The notes under the pieces: model-generated
The model's input: only the letters and a program-made list of their open reading frames with translations
Databases searched by the model: none
Told to the model about the DNA's origin: nothing
Shown here: positions 14,341-20,000 of the stretch, piece after piece
Layout of the letters: each line of letters starts with the position of its first letter
Position numbering within the stretch: position 1 is the stretch's first letter
Translations under genes and position numbers: made by a program
IMG/VR virus record: IMGVR_UViG_3300042141_000203
Reading direction: 5' to 3' (one strand)
Source of the DNA: an uncultured virus (IMG/VR IMGVR_UViG_3300042141_000203)
Taxonomy: Duplodnaviria; Heunggongvirae; Uroviricota; Caudoviricetes
Length of the DNA stretch: 20,000 nucleotides

Positions 14341-16106
14341 TGCCACGATCCACCCGAAAAACCGAAACCAAGGCCGAATTGCAGGCCACGGTCGCGAAGC
14401 AGAAGGTCGCGATCCAGACCATGCTCCGTGCCCGCTACGACGCGGCGCAGACGACGAACCTCAACCAGCGGCATTGGTCGATGGCGGATTACTACTCCGC
14501 CGACGCGGCTCTCGCCCCTGACGTGCGGCGGAAGATGCGGGCCCGCGCCCGCTACGAAATCGCCAACAACTCCTACGCGGCCGGCATGGCATCGACGTGG
14601 GCGAACGACCTGGTGGGCACTGGCCCGCGGCTGCAGCTCGACCTAGGGCCGGACGCCGACCCGAATCGCGTCCGCCGCGTGGAGCTGGCGGTCTACGATT
14701 GGATGGTCGACATTGACCTGGCCCGAAAGCTGCGAATCTCCAAGATCGCCAAGTTTTCCGACGGCGAGGCCTTCGGCCTGTTGACGACGAACCGCCGCCT
14801 CCGCGGCGTGCAGCTCGACTTGAAGCTCGTCGAGGCCGATCAGATCGTCGACCCGCAGGGAGTTCCCAATCCCGGCGAGGTCGATGGCGTTCGTTTCGAC
14901 ACCGACGGCAACGTCACTGACTTCTGGATTACTCGGCATCATCCCGGCAGCCTACTCCCAGGCTGGTCCCTGGATGGCCGCTGGGAGAGTGCCGAGAACG
15001 TCCTGCACTGGTTCCACGCGACGCGGCCCGGCCAGCATCGCGGCGTCGGCGAGATCGTCCCGGCCCTCGAGCTGTTCGCGATGCTCCGCCGCTACACGTT
15101 GGCGGTCGTGACCGCGGCGGAAACGGCGGCCGACTTCGCGGCGATCCTCAAGACGACGATGCCGGCCGACGGGGCCGGTGCCGCCGGCATCGACGCGTGG
15201 GAAACCATGCCGATCGTCCGCGGCATGATGATGAGCGCACCGGAAGGCTGGGAGCCATACCAGCTCAAGCCCGAGCAACCGACGGGCACCTACGACTCGT
15301 TCGTGCGGCGGATTCTCAACGAAATCGCCCGTGCGGTGAATATGCCGTACATCGTCGCGGCGATGGATTCGTCGAGCGCGAATTACTCGTCGATGCGCGG
15401 CGACTACCTCGTCTACCGCAAGCACCAGGCGACCGAACGCGGCGACCTGGAGCGGGTGATGCTGGACCCCCTGCTGGCGAAGTGGCTCGACGAGGCGGCA
15501 TTGGTGCCGGGCCTTCTGCCCGACGGCCTGCCGCCGGTGGCCGAGTGGAATTGGACGTGGACGTGGGACGGCCACGAGCACGTCGATCCGACGAAGGAGT
15601 CGGAAGCCGAGGCGATGCAGCTCGAAACAAACACGGCGACGCTCGCGGAGATTTGCGCGAAGCGCGGCCGCGATTGGCGTGTGGTCCTGCGGCAGCGTGC
15701 GGCCGAGCGGCAACTGGCCCGCGACCTGGGCCTGACGGCCGAGCCCGCCCCGGTGGCCGCGGAGGACGAGGACGTAGACCTGGAGGCCGCCGACGGCTAT
15801 CGCCCGCCCCAGGCGGCTCGTGCCGCAGCTCGCCGCGGGCTCGACCTGCGGAGCGAGTACGGCCGCGGCGGGACTGCGGTGGGCATCGCGCGGGCTCGTG
15901 ATATTGCCAACGGCCGGGCCCTCTCCATCGACACTATCGGCCGCATGGTGTCGTTCTTCGCCCGGCACGCGGCCTACAAGAAAAACCACACGGTCGACCC
16001 GCCCTCCAACTCGTACATCTCGTGGCTCCTGTGGGGCGGTGACGCTGGCCGAGAGTGGGCGGAGCGTACCTGGAAGCGTGAGCAAGAAGCTGCGGAGGCA
16101 ACATGA
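14340..16106 (+). CDS. portal protein, lambda family, with extra C-terminal domain
   Basis: YDAA, RARARY..ANNSYA, RPGQHRG, NYSSMR, HVDPTKE and RGRDW motifs. Confidence 0.93.
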   Translation: MPRSTRKTETKAELQATVAKQKVAIQTMLRARYDAAQTTNLNQRHWSMADYYSADAALAPDVRRKMRARARYEIANNSYAAGMASTWANDLVGTGPRLQLDLGPDADPNRVRRVELAVYDWMVDIDLARKLRISKIAKFSDGEAFGLLTTNRRLRGVQLDLKLVEADQIVDPQGVPNPGEVDGVRFDTDGNVTDFWITRHHPGSLLPGWSLDGRWESAENVLHWFHATRPGQHRGVGEIVPALELFAMLRRYTLAVVTAAETAADFAAILKTTMPADGAGAAGIDAWETMPIVRGMMMSAPEGWEPYQLKPEQPTGTYDSFVRRILNEIARAVNMPYIVAAMDSSSANYSSMRGDYLVYRKHQATERGDLERVMLDPLLAKWLDEAALVPGLLPDGLPPVAEWNWTWTWDGHEHVDPTKESEAEAMQLETNTATLAEICAKRGRDWRVVLRQRAAERQLARDLGLTAEPAPVAAEDEDVDLEAADGYRPPQAARAAARRGLDLRSEYGRGGTAVGIARARDIANGRALSIDTIGRMVSFFARHAAYKKNHTVDPPSNSYISWLLWGGDAGREWAERTWKREQEAAEAT

Positions 16107-17923
16107 ACGCGATGAACTTTTCCGCCGACTTCCGCCTCAAGGCCGCCGAAGGCGATGCCCCGTCGAATCCGACGTTTGAGATCACGGCCTACACGGGCCG
16201 GGCGATCCGGCAGTCGTGGTCCCGCAATCCGCTGGTCGTCGACCTGGCCGGCATGGACACGACCCGGCAGGCCATCCCGATCCTGTGGGGCCACGAGGCC
16301 AGCCTGGATTCGCTGCTTGGGCAGTCCACCATCGTCGCCAACGACGGCGAGCAGATCACGCTCGCCGGCGAGTTGATCGGCGAGGGTCCGCTGGCCGACC
16401 GGGTTATTTCGCTCGCCAAGAAGGGCCTGCGGCTGCAGGCGTCGATCGGGGCCGACACCGGCCGCATCGAGAACGTGGCCCCCGGCGAGTCGGTCCAGGT
16501 CAACGGCCGCGAGTTCACCGGCCCTATTTCCGTTGTGCGGGCGAGTTCGCTCCGCGAGGTTTCGATTGTTCTGTTCGGTGCGGATGCCGCAACATCCGCC
16601 GCTATCGCCGCGGAGGCGAATGGGGATTTTTCCATGGCGGATAACGCCACCGAAACGCCCGTCGAGGCCGCCGTGCCGCAGACGGAAGCCCCGGCGATCG
16701 TCGCCGTGGAGAACCAGGCCCCGGCCGTCGAGGCCGTGGAGGAGAAGTCGATGGACGAGATCAAGGCGGAGATCGCCGGCGAGATCAAGGCGGAGCTGCT
16801 GCGGGACATTCGTTCCAGCCGCGTCGCCGCTCCTGCGATCCATGTGGTCGAGAAGGTCGACGGCCCCGCGGTCGTCGAGGCGAGCCTGTGCCTCGCCGGT
16901 GGCCTTCCCGACGTGGAGAGGCGGTTCGACGCCCGCGTCCTCGAGGCCGCTGGCAAGAACCGGGGCGTGTCGCTGGGTGAAACGCTGCTGCAGGCCGCGC
17001 GTGCCAATGGGTACGACGGCGGCAGCAACAAGATCACGCACGCCAACCTGCGGACGATCATGGCCGCCGCGTTCGCGACGCACACGATCAGCAACGTCCT
17101 TGCCGCGACCTACGGCAAGTTCCTGCTGGCCGGGTTCAACGCGGTCGAGTCGGTGTGGGACCGCATCGCGTCGGTCCGCTCGGTGTCGGACTTCAAGACC
17201 GTCACCGGCGTTCGCCTCAACGGCGGTTTCGAGTTCGAGGAGGTCGGCAACGGCGGCGAGCTGAAGTCGGCTGACGCGAGCGACGAGACTCGCACGATCA
17301 AGGCCAAGACCTACGGCCGGCTGACTTCGGTCACGCGGCAGGACATCATCAACGATGACCTGGGCGCGCTGTCCGCGGTTCCGGCCCGGCTCGGTCGCGG
17401 TGCTGCGATCAAGCTCAACAAGGTCTTTTGGGCGGAGTTCGAGTCGTCCAATTCGACCTACTACTCCAAGGAAACGGCCGGTTCCGGCAACGCCCTGGCA
17501 CTCGCCGGCCTCAAGACGGCCGTGGCGAGCTACCGGAAGTTGAAGGACCCGGACGGCAACCCGCTCGGCATCGCCCCGGCGCTGCTGCTCGTTCCCCCAG
17601 AGCTGGAGATCGCCGGCGCCGAGCTGATGGGCTCGGCGCTCATCCACGGCACAAGCGGTGCGGCTCCCAGCACGAACGTGCTGGCCGGTCGCTACCAGGT
17701 GGTCAGCTCGTCCTACCTGACGAGCGCGACGACGTGGTGGCTCTGTGCCAATCCCGGCGACCTGCCGGCGATGGAGGTGGCGTTCCTCAACGGTCAGCGT
17801 CAGCCGACCGTGGAGCAGGCGGAGGCCGATTTCAGCACCCTCGGCATCATGATGCGTGGGTACTTCGATTTCGGCGTCGCCAAGGCCGAGAAGAACGGCG
17901 CCTATCGCATGGCGACCGCCTGA
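16103..17923 (+). CDS. prohead protease - major capsid protein fusion (Mu gpT-like capsid domain)
   Basis: N-terminal protease motifs (AYTG, PILWGH, QASIG, LREVSIV..GAD); C-terminal VSDFK, TYGR..SVTRQDIINDDLGA, LLVPPEL, FLNG...P, DFG. Confidence 0.9.
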   Translation: MNAMNFSADFRLKAAEGDAPSNPTFEITAYTGRAIRQSWSRNPLVVDLAGMDTTRQAIPILWGHEASLDSLLGQSTIVANDGEQITLAGELIGEGPLADRVISLAKKGLRLQASIGADTGRIENVAPGESVQVNGREFTGPISVVRASSLREVSIVLFGADAATSAAIAAEANGDFSMADNATETPVEAAVPQTEAPAIVAVENQAPAVEAVEEKSMDEIKAEIAGEIKAELLRDIRSSRVAAPAIHVVEKVDGPAVVEASLCLAGGLPDVERRFDARVLEAAGKNRGVSLGETLLQAARANGYDGGSNKITHANLRTIMAAAFATHTISNVLAATYGKFLLAGFNAVESVWDRIASVRSVSDFKTVTGVRLNGGFEFEEVGNGGELKSADASDETRTIKAKTYGRLTSVTRQDIINDDLGALSAVPARLGRGAAIKLNKVFWAEFESSNSTYYSKETAGSGNALALAGLKTAVASYRKLKDPDGNPLGIAPALLLVPPELEIAGAELMGSALIHGTSGAAPSTNVLAGRYQVVSSSYLTSATTWWLCANPGDLPAMEVAFLNGQRQPTVEQAEADFSTLGIMMRGYFDFGVAKAEKNGAYRMATA

Positions 17924-17940
17924 CCTGTCGTGAGCATCGT

Positions 17941-17974
17941 TCCCGGCGGGCCGGACTAATCCGGCCCGCCGGGA
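17941..17974 (+). terminator. strong hairpin after the capsid gene
   Basis: Perfect 15-bp stem TCCCGGCGGGCCGGA-CTAA-TCCGGCCCGCCGGGA; weak U tract. Confidence 0.65.
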
Positions 17975-18019
17975 TTCCAAACTTCCCAGTTTCCCGAATC
18001 AAGAAAGAAGGTTTGCAAC

Positions 18020-18343
18020 ATGGCGACTCGTGCCAAAGGTGATGTGATCGACTACACCCCGACGACGGGGGTGGCCGCCGGCGAGGCGGTCGTGGTGGGC
18101 TCGATGGTGGGCGTGGCTTCGCGGCCGATCGCCGCCAACGAGCTGGGTGCCCTGAACGTCGAGGGCGTGTTCTCCATCGAGAAGCCGACCGGGGCCGGTA
18201 CGGCCATCGCGCAGGGCGCGAAGGTCTATCTGTACCAGGGCCAGGCGGTGACGGGTGCCACGGGCACCGTGATGGGGTTCGCGGCCAAGGCCGCTGCAAC
18301 GACCGACAACTCGGTCGACGTGCTGCTCGTGCCGGGCGCCTGA
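18020..18343 (+). CDS. DUF2190 family capsid cement/decoration protein
   Basis: GDVIDYTP...VAAGEAVVVG..VGVA...IAANELGAL..EGVF...K pattern; follows the capsid gene. Confidence 0.85.
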   Translation: MATRAKGDVIDYTPTTGVAAGEAVVVGSMVGVASRPIAANELGALNVEGVFSIEKPTGAGTAIAQGAKVYLYQGQAVTGATGTVMGFAAKAAATTDNSVDVLLVPGA

Positions 18344-18352
18344 CGCCGACGT

Positions 18353-18392
18353 GGACCGCGCGGCCGGGTAGCCCAAGCCCGCCGCGCGGTCC
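18353..18392 (+). terminator. intergenic hairpin
   Basis: GGACCGCGCGGC ... GCCGCGCGGTCC 12-bp stem. Confidence 0.5.
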
Positions 18393-18410
18393 CAGGGCGG
18401 GAACCAAACG

Positions 18411-18785
18411 ATGCAGGACATGATCGCCAAGGGTGCGGCCTGGTTCGACCAGCAACGGAAGGAGCATCTTTCCGTCATGGTCGACTACCAATCCACGGGG
18501 ACCATGTTCACCAAACAAGTTCACGCGACGATCGGCATGACGCGATGGGACTCGGTGGATGCTGCGGGGCAGATGGTCCGGTTCGAGACTCGCGACTACT
18601 TCGTCAACACAGAGGAACTTCGGGACAACCCGCGCCGCGGCGACAAGGTTCACGAAACGGCCTCGGACGGCACCAGACGTACCTACGAGGTCATGGTTCC
18701 AGGCGGCGCAAATAACCCGTGGGTGTGGGCCGACCGCGGGCAGCGTATTCGGCGGATTTTCACGCAATTAGTGGAGAGCGACTGA
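18411..18785 (+). CDS. putative head-tail joining / head closure protein
   Basis: Synteny after DUF2190; beta-rich with PRRGD.V motif. Confidence 0.6.
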   Translation: MQDMIAKGAAWFDQQRKEHLSVMVDYQSTGTMFTKQVHATIGMTRWDSVDAAGQMVRFETRDYFVNTEELRDNPRRGDKVHETASDGTRRTYEVMVPGGANNPWVWADRGQRIRRIFTQLVESD

Positions 18786-19897
18786 TGCCGTTTTTCTCAA
18801 TCAGCAGTCCGTCGAGCGGCAACGCAACGCAGCTCCAGGGGCGGGCCGTTTCGGCCACCGCGCCGGCCACCGGCAGCGTCTTGACGTATTCGGGCACCGC
18901 CTGGACGCCATCGCAAGGCGTGACGGGCCCCACCGGCCCCAACGGCCTCGACGGGGCCAAGTTCTATTCGGGCACGACCGGCCCGTCCGCCGGCCTTGGC
19001 TTGAGCGGCGACTTCTACCTCGACACGAATACCGGCGTCCTCTACGGACCCAAGGCGTCCGGCTCCTGGGGGGCAGGCCTCCAGCTCCAGACGGGCCAGC
19101 AGGGCCCCACAGGCCCGGCATCGACCGTCACGGGCCCAACTGGTGCGGCCGGCGTGTCGAACGTCACAGGGCCCACCGGGGCCACTGGCGCGGCATCCAC
19201 CGTCACGGGTCCGACCGGGCCGACCGGAACCCGCGGTGCGACGCTCCTGGCCGGGTCTGGAGCGCCGCTGAACAACTACGGTTCCGATGGCGATTGGTTC
19301 ATCGACACGGTAGGGGCCGACTTCTACGGACCCAAGAGTGGCGGTACCTGGGGATCGCCGACGATCGACCTATTGGCCGTGACGGGGCCGACGGGGCCCG
19401 CGAGTACCGTCACCGGGCCGACCGGCGAGGCTGGCGCGGCCGGCGTCACTGGTCCGACCGGGGCAACTGGGGCCGGGGCAACGGGCCCGACCGGCGCGGC
19501 TGGTGCGGCTGGCGTCACGGGCCCGACCGGGGCGGCTGGGGCATCGGGAGCAACAGGCCCTACGGGGAGCAGCAATCCTAGCGTCGTGGCTCTGACCTAC
19601 GCCGCCACCGTCACGACGAATGCCGCCTCCGGCGACATCTTCGACCTGACCCTGACAGGCAACGTGACGCTCGCCAACCCGACGAATCCGGTGGACGGCA
19701 AGACCGTCCGCTGGCGCATCCGGCAGGACGCCACCGGCAGCCGGACGATCACACTGGGGAACAAGTTCCAGATTCCGTCGTCAGCGACCACGCCGTTGGC
19801 GTGGAGTACGGCCGCGAACGCGATGGACATCCTCGCAGCGACCTATCACGCGGGCCGTGATAAGTGGGATGTTGTCGCGCTCGTCACTGGGTACTAG
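18785..19897 (+). CDS. collagen-like (G-X-Y, GPT-rich) virion fibre protein
   Basis: Interrupted [11 protein letters not shown] tracts; two GD(F/W)(Y/F)xDT....YGPK..G.WG modules; beta-rich C-terminal domain. Confidence 0.82.
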   Translation: MPFFSISSPSSGNATQLQGRAVSATAPATGSVLTYSGTAWTPSQGVTGPTGPNGLDGAKFYSGTTGPSAGLGLSGDFYLDTNTGVLYGPKASGSWGAGLQLQTGQQGPTGPASTVTGPTGAAGVSNVTGPTGATGAASTVTGPTGPTGTRGATLLAGSGAPLNNYGSDGDWFIDTVGADFYGPKSGGTWGSPTIDLLAVTGPTGPASTVTGPTGEAGAAGVTGPTGATGAGATGPTGAAGAAGVTGPTGAAGASGATGPTGSSNPSVVALTYAATVTTNAASGDIFDLTLTGNVTLANPTNPVDGKTVRWRIRQDATGSRTITLGNKFQIPSSATTPLAWSTAANAMDILAATYHAGRDKWDVVALVTGY

Positions 19898-19911
19898 GAG
19901 TAATCGCAACA

Positions 19912-20000
19912 ATGGCAACTCTCTATTTCAACGACACCGATTCCGGCGACGGTGATTGGGGCAACTATGACGAGAACTGGTGGACTAACGAAGCGGCGAC
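19912..20000 (+). CDS. hypothetical structural protein (partial)
   Basis: AGGAG RBS; MATLYFNDTDSGDGDWGNYDENWWTNEAA runs off the window. Confidence 0.65.
   Translation, partial: MATLYFNDTDSGDGDWGNYDENWWTNEAA

Noticed and set aside
15974..17980. 668 aa minus-strand ORF and other long antisense ORFs (e.g. 14952-16085, 11948-12868, 1899-2705)
   Set aside because: Shadow frames of high-GC genes; no recognisable motifs
18920..19570. DNA-level mobile or tandem repeat
   Set aside because: Explained by collagen G-X-Y coding repeats with varied codons

Overview
A GC-rich temperate dsDNA tailed phage segment, probably in its unintegrated (attP) form. A Planctomycetota host is inferred from gene style only. 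Left to right: small leftward genes in a GGCC-rich, GATC-poor zone; a tyrosine integrase; attP (3' half of tRNA-Arg(ACG)); an XRE regulator; an N4C/N6A methyltransferase; a rightward early operon (CsrA homolog, AAA/Sak4-like ATPase, SSB-like protein, PD-(D/E)XK protein, DUF1376 replication initiator with internal iterons, LexA-like HTH, DUF3310, C5 methyltransferase, Hjc-like resolvase); then the head module (GpA-like TerL, portal, protease-capsid fusion, DUF2190, head-tail protein, collagen-like fibre). The most notable feature is a pair of integron attC-like sites with canonical box geometry. They delimit two tandem gene cassettes (9978-10354 and 10355-11500) inside the phage early operon, with genes inverted relative to normal cassettes and no intI in the window. 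The second cassette carries a C5 methyltransferase split over two nested reading frames, with a start codon and RBS inside the attC. A GGA-hairpin-rich leader also precedes the CsrA-encoding operon.
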